Under the pieces are notes generated by a model that had not been told where the DNA came from, made no database searches, and was given only the letters and a program-made list of their open reading frames with translations. The position numbers were made by a program, and so were the translations under genes. Below, piece after piece: positions 11,908 to 25,500 of a DNA stretch of 64,000 nucleotides. The stretch's first letter is position 1. Each line of letters begins with the position of its first letter. Origin of the DNA: Torpedo marmorata (lineage: Eukaryota); assembly GCA_977017645.1 (NCBI GenBank), contig OZ360225.1, positions 170,562,001-170,626,000 of the forward strand, written 5' to 3'.

Positions 11908-13150
11908 TACAGAATCAGAATTTATTGTCATGAACAAGTCATGAAATTCAGTGTTTTGCGGCAGCATCATAGTGCAAACATTCATATTATAACCATCTTA
12001 CGACATTACTATAAAAAAAATATAAATAATAGTGCACGAAAAGTAAGGCAGTGTCTTTGGTTCATTGATTATTTAGGAATCTGATGGCAGCGGGGAAGAA
12101 GCTGTCCTTGTGCCGTTGAGTGCTCGACTTTAGGCTCCTGTACCTTTTTCCCGATGGTAGCAGAGTGAAGAGGGCATGGCCTGGGTGGTGGGGGTCTTTG
12201 AGGTTAGAGGCTGCTTTTCTAAGACACCGCCTCATGTAGATGTCCTCGATGGAATGAAGTCTGGTGCCTGTGATGTCACAGGCCGAGTTAACAACCCTCT
12301 GGAGTTTATTCTTGTCCTGAGAGTTGGCGCCTCCATACCAGGCAGTGATGCAACCAGCCAGAATGCTCTCCACGGTACACCTGTAGAAGTTTAGGAGAGT
12401 GACATACCGAATCTCCTCAGACACCTCACAAAGTATAGCCGCTGGCGAGTCTTCTTTGTGATTGCATCAACGTGGAGGCTCCAGGACAGATCCTCAGGTA
12501 TGTTGACACCCAGGAATTTGAAGTTCTTGACCCTCTCCACTACTGAGCCCTTGACGAGGACTGGGTCGTGTTCCCCTGACTTCCTCCTGAAGTCCACAAT
12601 CATCTCCTTGGTTTTACTGACATTGAGCTCAAGGCTGTTGTCGATACATCATTGAATGAGCTGATCAATCTCCCTCCTGTACACTTCCTCATTGCCGTTT
12701 GTGATTCTGCCGACAACTGTGGTGTCATCGGCAAACTTGTAGTTGGAATTGTGCCTGGCCCCACAGTCATGGGTGTATAATGAGTAGAGCAGTGGGCTAA
12801 GCACACATCCTTGGGGGTGCGCCTGTGTTGATAATCAGTGAGGAGGAGACGTTGTTTCCAATTCGTACTAACTGTGGTCTTCCGATGAGAAAGTCAAGGA
12901 TCCAGTTGCAGAGAGGGGTACAGAGGCCTAGAGCTTGTAGCTTCTTGACCAGCACTGAGGGAATAATGGTATTGAAGGCCGAGCTGTAGTCGATGAAGAG
13001 CAGCCGTATCTATGCATTGCTGTTTTCGAGGTGATCCAGAGCTGAGTGGAGAGCCAGCGATATTGCATCTGCTGTGGAGCGGTTGTGATGATAGGTGAAT
13101 TTCAGTGGGTCCAAATCTTTGCTTAGGGACGTGTTAATTCTGGCCATGAC
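11908..13150 (-). mobile_element. Rex1/Babar-type LINE, 5'-truncated, RT domain with frameshifts
   Basis: [53 protein letters not shown]; 3' tail aataaattctgattctg. Confidence 0.88.
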
Positions 13151-13559
13151 CAGAATTCTGGCCATCAGACAGAGTGGTAAATTTTACATCAGACATGAGC
13201 AATACATAATTTAACAGGGCTGGGCTTGGGAGAAAAATCCAGTTGCAAGCTTGTGCTTGCTACCCATCCACTGGTTAACTTAAAACATCCCACAAGGAGA
13301 ACCTGTACCTCTTTAAAGAATGGATTCAATGGCATTTATTAAACTCAGCAACTTGAGTACGTACATTCATACCATGCTATTTTTATCATCATCTGTTATT
13401 TCTTTCATGAATCTGAAGTGGTTGATCCATCTTCCACTTGAATCTGCTCAATGTTTCCAAACCAGTGGCAGCTCTTTGGAAGGTCAGCACAGAAGCAAGC
13501 AGACAGCCAGCATGTTTGCACAGTAGTGGGCAAGACTCTGGTCTGCTCTACTCGAGTAA

Positions 13560-14150
13560 CTTCTTTTTTTTGGGAATATTTTATTTGTATTTTTTTAAAG
13601 CCAAACTTATTATCAATAACAAAAGTAATACATCATCTAATATAATAGTCATCTGTTAACTATTATACTAAAAAACAACAACAAAATTACAAACAAAGAG
13701 AAACCCACCCACCCAATTCCCGCCTAAAAGACAGAAAGGAAAGGAATAGAATAACAAAAGGTTGAAATAGAAAAGGAAAGAAGACGTTGGAGACTCGTTG
13801 TCCACTCCGCCGGCTTAAATTACTTGGCATACTCGGATTTTTGAAGAGGAAATGGACATAGGTCCTGGAGGCCAGGAGGGCCTGGCTATAGATTTACAGC
13901 CATATATTGTAAATATGGAGTCCAAATCTTTAAAAATATATCATATCTATTTCTAAGATTGTAGGTAATCTTCTCAAGGGGAACACAGCTGTACATTTCC
14001 TCATTCCATCTTGTCATACCTAGATAGGAGTCAGACTTCCATGTGACCGCTATACATTTTCTGGCCACCACCAATGCGATCTCTACAAATTTTATTTGAA
14101 ATTTTGACAACCTTATTTTAGGTCTTACGCCGGAGATATTGCCCAATGGA
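13560..14150 (-). mobile_element. L1-clade LINE 3' end
   Basis: ORF2 C-terminus ARKCIAVTWK..W..EM..PLEKITY..FLKIWTPY, followed by a 3' UTR and an A-rich tail. Confidence 0.8.
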
Positions 14151-14316
14151 AACTACTTGAATGGACAGAGGGTGCATGTTCTAACGTGGTACACTCCTGC
14201 CACCTGTTGGAAAGAGTGAGACACTGCAGAATTAGTGCAGCACACACCCTCAACTTCAACACTTATCCCAGAGCATCTCAGTTTTTCAGACTGAATGTGA
14301 AACAAAATGTTATTGC

Positions 14317-15785
14317 TCATGTTCCAATGTTCTATAGATTCAGGATCAGTTCCTGCGGATTGGAGGGTAGCTAATGTTATCCCACTTTTTAAGAAAGGAA
14401 GGAGAGAGAAAACAGGGAATTATAGACCAGTTAGCATGACATCAGTGGTGGGGAAGATGCTGGAGTCAATTATAAAAGATGAAATAGCGGCACATTTGGA
14501 TAGCAGTAACAGGATCGGTCCGAGTCAGCATGAATATATGAAAGGGAAATCATGCTTGACTAATCTTCTGGAATTTATTGAGGATGTAACTATGAAAATG
14601 TACAAGGGAGAGCCAGTTGATGTAGTGTACCTGGACTTTCAGAAAGCCTTTGATAAGGTCCCACATAGGAGATTAGTGGGCAAAATTAGAACACATGGTA
14701 TTGGGGGTAGGGTACTGACATGGATAGAAAATTGGTTGGCAGACAGGAAACAAAGAGTAGGGATTAACAGGTCCCTTTCAGAATGGCAGGCAGTGACTAG
14801 TGGGGTACCGCAAGGCTCGGTGCTGGGACCGCAGCTGTTTACAATATACATTAATGATTTAGGTGAAGGGATTAAAAGTAACATTAGCAAATTTGCAGAT
14901 GACACGAAGCTAGGTGGCAGGGTGACTTGGACAGGTTGGGTGAGTGGGTAGATGTATGGCAGATGCAGTTTAATGTGGATAAATGTGAGGTTATCCACTT
15001 TGGTGGCAAGAACAGGAAGGCTGATTACTATCTGAATGGTGTCGTTAGGAAAAGGGGAAGTACAACGAGATCTAGGTGTCCTTGTTCATTAGTCATTGAA
15101 AGTTAGCATGCAGGTACAGCAGGCAGTGAAGAAGGCTAATGGCATGTTGGCCTTCATAACAAGGGGAGTTGAGTATAGGAGCAGGGAGGTCCTTCTGCAG
15201 TTGTACAGGGCCCTGGTGAGACCACACCTGGAGTATTGTGTGCAGTTTTGGTCTCCAGGTTTGAGGAAGGACATTCTTGTTATTGAGGGAGTGCAGCGAA
15301 GGTTCACAAGGTTGATTCCCGGTATGGCGGGACTGTCATATGTTGAAAGATTGGAGCGATTGGGCTTGTATACACTGGAATTTAGAAGGATGAGAGGAGA
15401 TCTGATTGAAACATATAAGATTATTAAGGGATTGGACACACTAGAGGCAGGAAACATGTTCCCGATGTTGGGAGAGTCGAGAACCAGAGGCCACAGTTTA
15501 AGAATAAGGGGTAGGCCATTTAGAACAGAGTTGAGGAAAAACTTTTTCACCCAGAGAGTTGTGGATCTGTGGAATGCTCTGCCTCAGAAGGCAGTGGAGG
15601 CCAATTCTCTGGATGCTTTCAAGAAAGAGTTAGATAGAGCTCTTAAAGATAGCGGAGTCAAGGGATATGGGGAGAAGGCAGGAACGGGGTACTGATCGTG
15701 GATGATCAGCCATGATCACAGCGAATGGCGGTGCTGGCTCAAAGGGCCGAATGGCCTACTCCTGCACCTATTGTCTATTGTCTAT
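14317..15785 (+). mobile_element. CR1 LINE, 5'-truncated, relatively young; ORF2 RT domain
   Basis: [47 protein letters not shown]; small internal deletion near 14925; (tattgtc)n tail. Confidence 0.95.
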
Positions 15786-15789
15786 GAGT

Positions 15790-17000
15790 AAAACCACTGT
15801 TCCTTTTGATAACAATGGATGCAGAAGTAGGTAAAGAGAAATGGAAACAGTGCGACCAGGTGGAGATGGGGGTGACCTAAAATGTGGAAAATCAATCTTC
15901 ATACCATTGGGTTTAAGGTTGTCCAGCAGGAGTATGATGTGTTGTTCAACAAGTATACATTTGGCCCCACCATGATAATGAATGAGGCCAAAGACAGGCA
16001 TATCTGTGTAGGAATGGTTGGGAAAGGTGAAATGCCTGTGCTGGGTTGTGTACCACAAGGGGTTACAGACTCCGGAGGAGTAGTGGATGACATGGGCACC
16101 AGAAACAGGGAGAAGGCCCCCATTGAGAAGGAGAAGCCTGGGAGATGGCCCTACAGGGAAGGTGACCACAGTAGTGGACCAATGAGGGGCTCAGTGGCTG
16201 AAGGATCAACACAGGCTGCGGGCTGCTGGAGACTGGCCCATGGGAACCAGGTATCGGAACTGGGATTCGAGAGGGTGCTGAGGGCAAGAAGGCCTCCCGA
16301 AGGACTGAAGGCTTCCTGATTGTATTGGAGGTTTGAATCTGGAGCTTGGGCTGCCAATGATTTGGACTGAAGTCTGTGCAACTGCAGAGGCTGCAGGAGT
16401 GCTAGAGGTGAATCCACGGACACTCAGGGTCTCTGAAGGGACTCTTTTGATTCTCTTTCTCTTATTGTTTGGGACAATAGGCAATGCTCATGACGACTCT
16501 TCGTTTGCCTTGTGGCAGACAAAACGAAGTACATCATGTATATTACATTTATAATGTATTGTTACGTGACAATAAAAGGAACCTTGAACTGCCTAAAGGG
16601 GTGGAAGAGGAGGAAAGAGCAGCGAAACTGATCCTTGCAGAAAGTGTATGCGGAGGGGAAGATGTGGCTGGTAGTGAGATCGCGTTGAAGTTAGCAGAAG
16701 TGGTAGAGAATAATGTATCTGATGCAGAGGTTGATGGGTGGAAAACAAGGACCAGAGGAACTCTGTTGTTTGCCAGGACTGTCCTGGTGTTTGAACAAGC
16801 AGGATTGACTCTCCTGGCTCCAAGAAAATCTGTCCTCTTTGAATATGGCCACTTGCTTATTTGCATTAATGTGGGTAAACCCAAGAGGAGCAGGTTCCAC
16901 ACACAGTTCCCAATTAGACAGTCGGCACTGCATTGGCTTGTACATTGTGCCAAAGCCCATACTAGGTTTACAGAGACTTTCCGGGCATCCATGGCCAAGC
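15790..17000 (-). mobile_element. Degraded Penelope-like RT/GIY-YIG remnant, interrupted by another non-LTR fragment (about 16130-16590)
   Basis: NRVPLVLVFHP and H.T.PNHSYTDM.VFGL..EQHII motifs on the - strand; the insert ends aataaaaggaaccttgaac. Confidence 0.6.
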
Positions 17001-17543
17001 TCAGCACACTGTGTCTGGTTGTGAAATGGAGCAAAGCAAAGGATGTCCAATTTCCAATCTATACCTCAGCAGGGCCTATTTTCTGATCTTAGAATTCAAT
17101 AACGTAAAAATGTCCAATGGTAAATTTTAAAAACATGTTTTACAGTCGGGAGTGAGTTGGAAAATGAAGAGAATCCATAGGATTAGCAATTTGTGATGGG
17201 CTTGAATGGCAGGCGGGACTTGAAAAGGGAATCACTATACGAAAACAAATCTACACGATGTTGGGCTGTGCGCTGAAGCTGCTTATTTGTGACAAAGTAC
17301 TGTTCGATATTGTAAAAATATGTAAATTTTTGATCAACTGGGCACCTTTGCTGTCTGGGAAGAATATTTAATGAACAAGAGACCCTTTTTTAATGTTGGT
17401 AATATTTTTCATGTGTTGCTCTGTGCACGGTTTCGCCTTAGATTAGAAATCAACAGGGAATATACATTACACACAGACTTGGTCAAAAGCCATTTGCTTC
17501 TGAGAACAACTTCTCTCTGTTCCCTTTATAAACTTATCATATC

Positions 17544-18100
17544 CAGTGGCGTCACTAGGGTTGGTGTCACCCGGTGCGGTAACTCATGGTGTCACCCCCC
17601 ACCCCACCATGGACCTCCTCCCGTACCAGACCATACAGAATCCTTAGTAATGTTTTTTGTACTAATGTTACTCGTAAATCACAAATACTAATTACCACAA
17701 TATTGTAGCTAAAACACCAGAAAATTTGACAAAAGCAGCGACTATAAAAAAACCCAGCAGCAACGAAAACAACAGCACGTGCTTGTAGCGCGTGCAGACG
17801 AAACCACATGATTCGAAGCGTCATTGTAATTGGGTAATAATGACAGCTCTGACCGGAGCGCATTAGAAGGTTCAAAAAGTTAATTAGGATGGAGTTTTAG
17901 CCTTGTAGGTATATTGATACATGTAAGCTGGGCTTACAAAAAATGTTTTTGTTGTTATAACTAACTACAGGGATGTTTTTATGAAAAATAATAAATTTCT
18001 GCTGAAACACTGCAAAAAATTTTAAATTTTGGTGTCACCCCCTCTGATGGTGTCACCCGGTGCGGTCCGCACCCCCCGCACCCCCCTAGTGATGCCAGTA
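17544..18100. mobile_element. Non-autonomous hAT transposon
   Basis: TIRs cagtggcgtcactaggg / ccctagtgatgccagta, 8-bp TSD atcatatc/atcatagc, and four subterminal ggtgtcaccc repeats. Confidence 0.85.
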
Positions 18101-18356
18101 ATCATAGCTTGTCACATCTCATGCAAATCTCAAAGGGGAACAACTCCCAAGTTTAATCAAGCTCTGAAGTAGCTGATATTCCCTTGCCCCTGGAACTATT
18201 CGAGTATACCTTTTCTGCACCGTCGTAAGAACCTTACTAAATTTGTGGAAAAGAATCCAGTAAAAACAGAAAATGCTGGAACTAATCAGCAGATTAGGCA
18301 GCATCTGTGGAGTGAAAAACAATTGACATTTCCGGTTCCATAACCCTTCGACAGCG

Positions 18357-18600
18357 CGGCACGGTTGGCGTAGCGGTTAGCGCAACGCTGTTACAGCGCC
18401 AGCAATCAGGACCGGGGTTCGAATCCTGCGCTGTCTGTAAGGAGTTGGTACGTTCTCCCCATGTCTGCGTGGGTTTTCCCCGGGGGCTCCGGTTTCCTCC
18501 CACCGTTCAAAACGTATGGGGGGTGTAGGTTAATTGGGTGTAATTGGGCGGCATGGGCTCGTGGGCCGAAATGGCCTGTTACCTTGCTGAATGTCTAAAT
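18357..18600 (+). mobile_element. HE1/V-type SINE, young, next to a Penelope terminus remnant
   Basis: Full tRNA-like head, V-domain and LINE-like tail. Confidence 0.9.
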
Positions 18601-20243
18601 TTAAAACTTTAAAGTTTAAAAACTGAATGCAGTGCTCCATTTATGGTCTCGCCATTGTTTCATGAAAAGGAGAACCTTTGCTCTGTCAGTTAGATCCTGC
18701 ATCAACATGTTTGTAGAAAATGTAACCATCTTAATTTTGATTAATTTTTGACCATTTCTTCTCAAGACAGTGCTCCAGAAGTAGCAAAGAATGTCTCAGC
18801 AGATAGCGGTAAGAAAAAGGGGCATGCTTGATGCCACTAAAATTGATTGCTTTGTGACTGAGTGTTTTTGTTATTTCCTGCCTAATTTTAACCTCCACTG
18901 GTTCCCATTTTTCACTCTGCCCTTGGACAACTATTTGTCACAGTTCCGCTTATGCAGTAACATAGAAAAGCACTGACAACATTGCACAACGTTTTCCTAT
19001 AGCTGATCATTCTGTCTCCTCCCCCAGTGATCCTCTTCATTATTTCTATTCTCTCTTATTGGGGTACAAATGAAGCAGCCTTTGCCCAGAGCTTCAGGCA
19101 GGAAGGTTAATGGAATTCACCTCATCAATCTGCTTTCTTCCATTTCCATGTTTAACGTTCCCGTAACCATTGGGACATCAAAGCAATTCATTTAAAGATG
19201 AATATTTTCTGTCTTGAGTGTTTAATATCCCCTGTAGGAAGCATGACTGAAGAAATTAGATTATATATCAGTAAAGGTCCTCAAGAACATTAGTTTAGAG
19301 TACCCCAGGGAACTATAATTCCAGCCCTCAATGACTAATGGGCACTACAGGAAATTAATTTGTCAGTTCTGAGTAGGTACTAGATTGCCACTAAAATTTT
19401 ATTTAAAATCTACCACAATTTCACTTTAACCTCCACTAAAAATTGTAACCATTCTTAATTTTTAGTATTGGTTAATGCAGTAAATTGACTCTATTACTGG
19501 TGCCAGTCAGTATATGTGCTACAGTTAATAAAGACTTGTTGTACAATGCTCTTAGTGCAATATTAGCATGATGAATTATCTCTCAGTACTAAACTTGCAT
19601 CACCAGTTCCTCACCTTAGTCATGTTCCTATCATGATGTTTGATAGAAAGCAGGCTGTGAAGGCTCTGTGGCCTGTCCTTTTGCTGTTCAAAGAGACAAA
19701 CATGATAATATCACATACTGACAAATAATGCAAAGTTTGACGTGGTCTTAGAGCAAAATGATGTGCGAATTTTAGTTCACTTTGATTTTGAAGCACCAAC
19801 ACTTTTTGTGGGTGTGTGATTTGTGTGTTGCACTTGCAGTGACTTAACTATTTTAAAGGCAGGGGAGATTATTGCAAATGAAGTGCTATTCACACCAGCT
19901 TTAATTGTGAGCTAACAGTTACCAAAACATGTTGGGAAGAAGAAAATCTCTCACCGAATAGCAAAGCACTCAAGCTCACTGGTTACCAGCCCTTGAAACA
20001 TACTCTTTGGCATGGTATTTCACTGGGAGACCTGCACAGTGCAGAATCTCTCAAGCCTAGATTCCCAGCTCGATCCCAGAATAAAACTGTTGTGGCTCAC
20101 CTCCCCGGCTTACCAGTTATCAGATCTTTAACCCCAAATCATTCAGGCACAGGTGAAAAGTAAAATTACTGACAGAATTTTGAAACAATTTTAAAAAATA
20201 TGAAGCATTAATAAATACCCACAAATGATCAAAAATGTATGTA

Positions 20244-20426
20244 CAGTAAAATCTCTGGCATCTATGGGGATTGCTTGAGATTGTGTGTTGCGTGGATTGG
20301 AGAACTAACGGCAAGTTACGCCAATTTTAAACTTCTGTATTTTTTACCTATTTATTTTCCATGATTATTTTGCTGGTTGCTTGAGGCTGCCGGTTGCTTG
20401 AATTCTGGATAACAGGTGTTTTACTG
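20244..20426. mobile_element. Tc1/mariner (Tigger-like) MITE
   Basis: ta|cagtaaaa...ttttactg termini; a right-half copy recurs at 21124-21220. Confidence 0.65.
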
Positions 20427-20870
20427 AACAATTAAATCAATTGAATTAAGGAAATTGAATTCTACACAATGTACTACTACTGCTATTTCTCCTCAAAGAT
20501 TTCAAAGGGTCAGCTGGTCTTGTGGCAGGAAAATTTGGCAGAGGTTCAGTGGGTAGATGAGGAGTCCTGCAGCGGAGGCGTCTTGGGATCAACACTTAGC
20601 CGGACTAGAGGGCTGATGATTTGCAGCCTGTGCTCAGGATGTTCCTCCCAGTAAAGTTGACCAAAGCCAACACATCCAAGTGTTGTCAGTTTTTAAGCAA
20701 CTAACGGCACTAAACCATGAGCAGGCCACTTGCACTTGCATCAGCAACCACCAGTGATATTTTAGGCTGCAATAATCAAGTCACCTTTGCGGTGGTGCTG
20801 GATGCTTCTGGCTACATTACCAATGCAAAAGCTCCAGCAAACTTAGAGGATTTGAGAATTCGAAATATGA

Positions 20871-21824
20871 AGTCAGGAGAGGTTATAGAATTAAGCACAA
20901 AACTATCAACAAGAATTTTCATTTACATTTTGCCTTTAATAAAGCAATATTAAATAAAATATTGGCCACATGACACTTGTAAGAAGTAAATTTTAATGTG
21001 TGGCTTGAAACAAGTGTGAGGCAAAGAAGTGAGGATGATAATTTTAGGGAGTAATGACTTGGTGTGGCCCTCAATGGTGGAATAATGTGATTCAAAGGTG
21101 AGTAAGAGGAAGAGCAAGAATTAGGGGGCGCCAATTTCAAACTTTCCTATTTTTTACCTATTTATTTTCCGCGATTTTTTTTGCCGGTTGCTTGAATTCC
21201 GGATAACAGGGATTTTACTGTATACACAATCTAGGTATCACATCTACTGAGGATGAAGGCTGTGCCAACTCTTGGACATGTTGCTTCCACCTCTCTTTTA
21301 AACGTCCAACTGCTGATCATGCACCCATACATTTGTTACTTCCAGATATAATGATTCTAGGGCATTGCTTGCCAATCTTCCTCATTCTAACCTCCATAAA
21401 CATGGTCATTTAAAATCCCATTGCAGAAGCTCTCGCTCACACCAACACCTTTTCACCTATTGGCTGATCTACAACAGTTTCCAGTTCTAAAATTCTCATT
21501 CTGGTTTTCAATTCCCAACACAGTCTCGGTGATCTCCTCTAACTCTGCTTGACTGCAAGATATCTTCATTGTAATTCTTGTTCCTTCTCTTATTCACCTT
21601 TGAATCACATTATTCCACCATTGAGGGCCATGCCAAGGCATTACTCCCTGAAATTCTCATCCTCACTTCTTTGCCTCACACTTGTTTCAAGCCACGCATT
21701 AACATTTACTTCTTACAAGTGTCATGTGGCCAATATTTTATTTAATATTGCTTTGTTAAAGGCAAAATGTAAATGAAAATTCTTGTTGATAGTTTTGTGC
21801 TTAATCCTATAACCTCTCGTGACT
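20871..21824. repeat. 253-bp inverted duplication (20871-21123 vs 21572-21824)
   Basis: The arms are near-identical reverse complements; ORFs 20919(-) and 21549(+) translate almost identically. Confidence 0.95.
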
Positions 21825-22571
21825 CACCAGTCCCTGAATCTTCCAGGATCCTGCTTCGCCATTGTTTTCTTAACTTTCCCAATGTATTCACATCATTCTG
21901 AAGGTTAGATCCACAAATACACTAAAAATCACCAGGCCCACAGTCTCTACAAAACTGTATTTAAACGTGAGTAACATTATCGAGAATATGTCACTTTTTG
22001 CTCTTTTTTTGCACCTTGTTTCTTTTTAAAGAGGAAAATCTAATCTAGCTGCGGGCTCACTGTTTAACGATTTAGTTTGAATCCTGACCTTGGGGATTGT
22101 CTTTGTATGTTCTCAAGATGACCACATGGGCTTCCTCTGAATATTCCTGGCTTCTTCCCAGCATGCAGGTTCCTCAGTAAATTGGCTCTTGTGTGTCGGC
22201 AAGTGGGGTAGTTGATGAGATTGTTGGGAGAATATAACAGGATGAGTTGATTGTCAAGGTGGACTTTAATAGGTTGATGGGCCCACTTCTGTGTTGTCTG
22301 ACTTTATCTAATGTAACTGTGCTGCTTTCCATAATACAAGGATGTCCTAGAGAGCCTTGGCAAAGCCAAGGAGTTTGCTGTGCATTGATATTCACTTTGC
22401 ATGCTCTGTCCCAACACCACTGATGAAAGGTAGAATCTTTATCTTTTGCAAATCTATGTTATTTTTAAACTTGTAATTAACCATTTGATTACATTTTGAT
22501 TACCAATACATGTTGCATGCTGCACGTATATTTGCCAAAAAATCCTGACGTGTAACCTTGTTTTACTAAAG

Positions 22572-25500
22572 ATGGCTCAGAACTTGGACAGGAGCCAACC
22601 ATCAGAAATGAGCCGGACTCTGGAAGACGTGTTTTTACCGCCACCACCTCTTGATCTGCTGGAAGCTTCTACTGAGCCGATCATACCGATAGAAGATCAG
22701 CCTCAACGGATCCCACACCCTCCACATCAGACCTTTGTCAAGTTTCAGCAGCAGCGGCAGATCAACGAATTGAAGAGGCTTTATAAGCACATGCACCCGG
22801 AGTTGAGGAAAAGTCTGCAGGAGGTGGTGACGGAGGATTGGGCTGAAGTGCTGGATGCTGAACGCACAGCTGCTGCCTTGGCAACTGGAGGCCAGGGCAA
22901 CAGTGAGGCAGTGCTTCAGAGCGAGGTCCAGTCTATGCGCTGGATATTTAACAACTGGCCATTGGACACAATCGGAGATCACCAAGCAACTAAGAAGATG
23001 ACAGAAGAAGAGGCCATCCTCAGTGGAGACGTGCGGAGCACATCACACAAATTTGAAAACCAAACACTGAATGAAATCAGTTCCCAGTACTCAGAATATT
23101 CTTATAGTTCTAGTATCAGAAAAGAGCAAACAAAGGGTGATGTCCGTACTGCTTTATGGTTGTTTGAAACTCAGCCTATGGATTCTCTGAATAAAATCTA
23201 CTCCAAGGAGAATGATCTCCAAGAAGCAGTCTTGAAGGAACCTGTACAAAAAGGGGACGTCAGAGGTACAAAACTATTATTTGAGACATATCCGTTGAGT
23301 GATTTAGGATGCAGCAACTCAATGGAAGAGAGCAGCTTATTGCAACTGCATTCAGAAGTGCAGGAGCTGAAAGGTGATGTCAATAGGACCATAAAGCTCT
23401 TTGAGACAGAACCACTGTGCGCCATTCGTGATACTGTCGGCAATATCCACCAAATCAAATCCATTTGCAGAGAAGAAATCCAACAGAGTGAGAACGTCCA
23501 AAGCACTCGGTGGCTGTTCGAAACTCAACCCCTCGGCAGCATCAACAAAAATCTCGCAAAAGTGAAAATCATTCGGGGCATCTCGCTGGAAGAGACCCAG
23601 CAGAGTGGTTGTGTTGGCAAAAAACGATGGCTCTTTGAGACACAGGCCTTGGATGCTGTCAACGAGCAGTCCGAGGAGGCAGGAAGCACTGCCAACATCA
23701 GGGTAATAGAAGGAGGAGATGTGAATAAGAAATGCTGGCTTTTTGAAACTCAGCCTCTGGACTCATTAAAAGAAAGTCCATCTGAAGAGGTTGCCAAGGA
23801 ACAAGTCATTGGAGGCAATGTGCACTCGTCTCTTTGGTTGTTTGAAACTCAGCCAATGGAAATCTTGAAAGACAGCTTTGAAGTTGGTCACTTGAAAAGA
23901 ATTTTGACAGAAGATGAAAGGGGAGATGTGAAGTACAAGGCTCATTTGTTTGAAAGCTGCTCTCTAGACAGTATCAACAAGGGACAAAGTGAGGCTTCCT
24001 GTAGCACTGGCAAAATGGAGATGCAGAAGGGCGATGTCGAGACTTACAAACATCTCTTTGAAACCCTTCCCCTTGACAGCATTAAAAATTCAGATGAAAT
24101 ATCAACTGAAAATCATGTTGACGTCTTAGCTGGAAATGTAAATGAAAACAGAGTTCTCTTTGAAACTGTCCCCCTTTACGCGATTATGGATGGCGCCGGT
24201 CACTGCCATCAAGTCAAGACAGTAAGCCGGGAGCAAGTCGTCAGTGGTGACGTCAAACACTACAGGTGGATGTTCGAAACCCACCGCCTGGATCAGTTTG
24301 GTGAAGGCACACAAAATGTGGAGTTGGTTAAAGGCATCACCAAAGAGGAGATCCAAGCCAATGACATGAAGACAACAAGATGGCTGTTTGAAACACAACC
24401 ACTTGATGTCATACATGCTAATGTCAACAAAACAGAAATTCAGACCTCTGAAAAGGAAGATATCCTGAAAGGTGATGTGAAGACATGTAGGTGGCTGTTT
24501 GAAACCCAACCAATGGATGCTTTGTATGAAAAAGCAGAAGATAAGCAGGATTGTGAAGTCCAACTAAAAGGTGCCGTCAAATCATACACTTGGATATTTG
24601 AGACACAACCAATGGACAGCATTAACGAGAATGAAGAACAACACCTGAAAGTCTGCAGCAGGCAAATGGATGATGTTAAAGGAGTCGACGTAAAGACCAA
24701 AAAACATCTGTTTGAAACAGAACAATGTGGAAATATTGCTGGAGAATTAGATGAGACTCAGAACATGAGGTACACAAGTGAGGTAGACATCCAGTCAGGG
24801 AATGTATCAAGAGTGAAAGAAATATATCAGAGCACCTCACTCAATGAAATAGCTGATGTGGAAGAAAAGAGAAAGAGCTTCACGTCCACACAAGTGGATG
24901 CCACGCATCCAGAAGCAGGTTGTGTACATAAGTTCACTTGGCTCTTTGAAAACTGCCCAATTGGCTCCATTAAAGAAATGCCAGAGGAGGCCACACCCAT
25001 GAATATAATTACTGATGTAAAGGGGGGTGACGTCGGTGGCAAAAGATTTGTTTTTGAGACCTATTCACTGGACCAAATAAAAGAGGAAACAGATGTGAAG
25101 AACTTCACTTCAAGAAAGGAAGAAAGTGTCAAGGGCGATGTGAAGTCATGCACCATGCTGTTTGAAACACAACCCCTCTATGCACTCCGAGACAAGGAAG
25201 GCCAATATCATGAAGTTACTACGGCAAAGAAGGAGGAAATCATGAGGGGGGATGTAAGAGGAACTAGGTGGCTCTTTGAAACAAAACCATTGGACACAAT
25301 TAAGCCACTGGATGAAGTATTTGTGATCAGAGCTGTAACACAGGAGGATGTGCAGACAGGAGATGTGACAGCAGCTCGATGGAAATTTGAGACCCAGCCG
25401 TTGGATTCAATCAGAGATGAGGCGCAGCCAGGAATAAAAGTGGTGGATGAGGTCCAGGGAGGTGATGTCCAAGCGAGCAAGCAACTCTTTGAAGGGCAGC

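Noticed and set aside
15882-17086. 145-200 aa plus-strand ORFs
   Set aside because: Antisense to degraded Penelope and other retroelement sequence.
18357-18435. tRNA-like sequence with A and B boxes
   Set aside because: It is the head of a SINE repeated many times in the window, not a tRNA gene.
18637-18646. Perfect CArG box (ccatttatgg) upstream of XIRP1
   Set aside because: Similar boxes occur at 5849 and 36591; they are expected by chance in AT-rich DNA and I have no conservation evidence.
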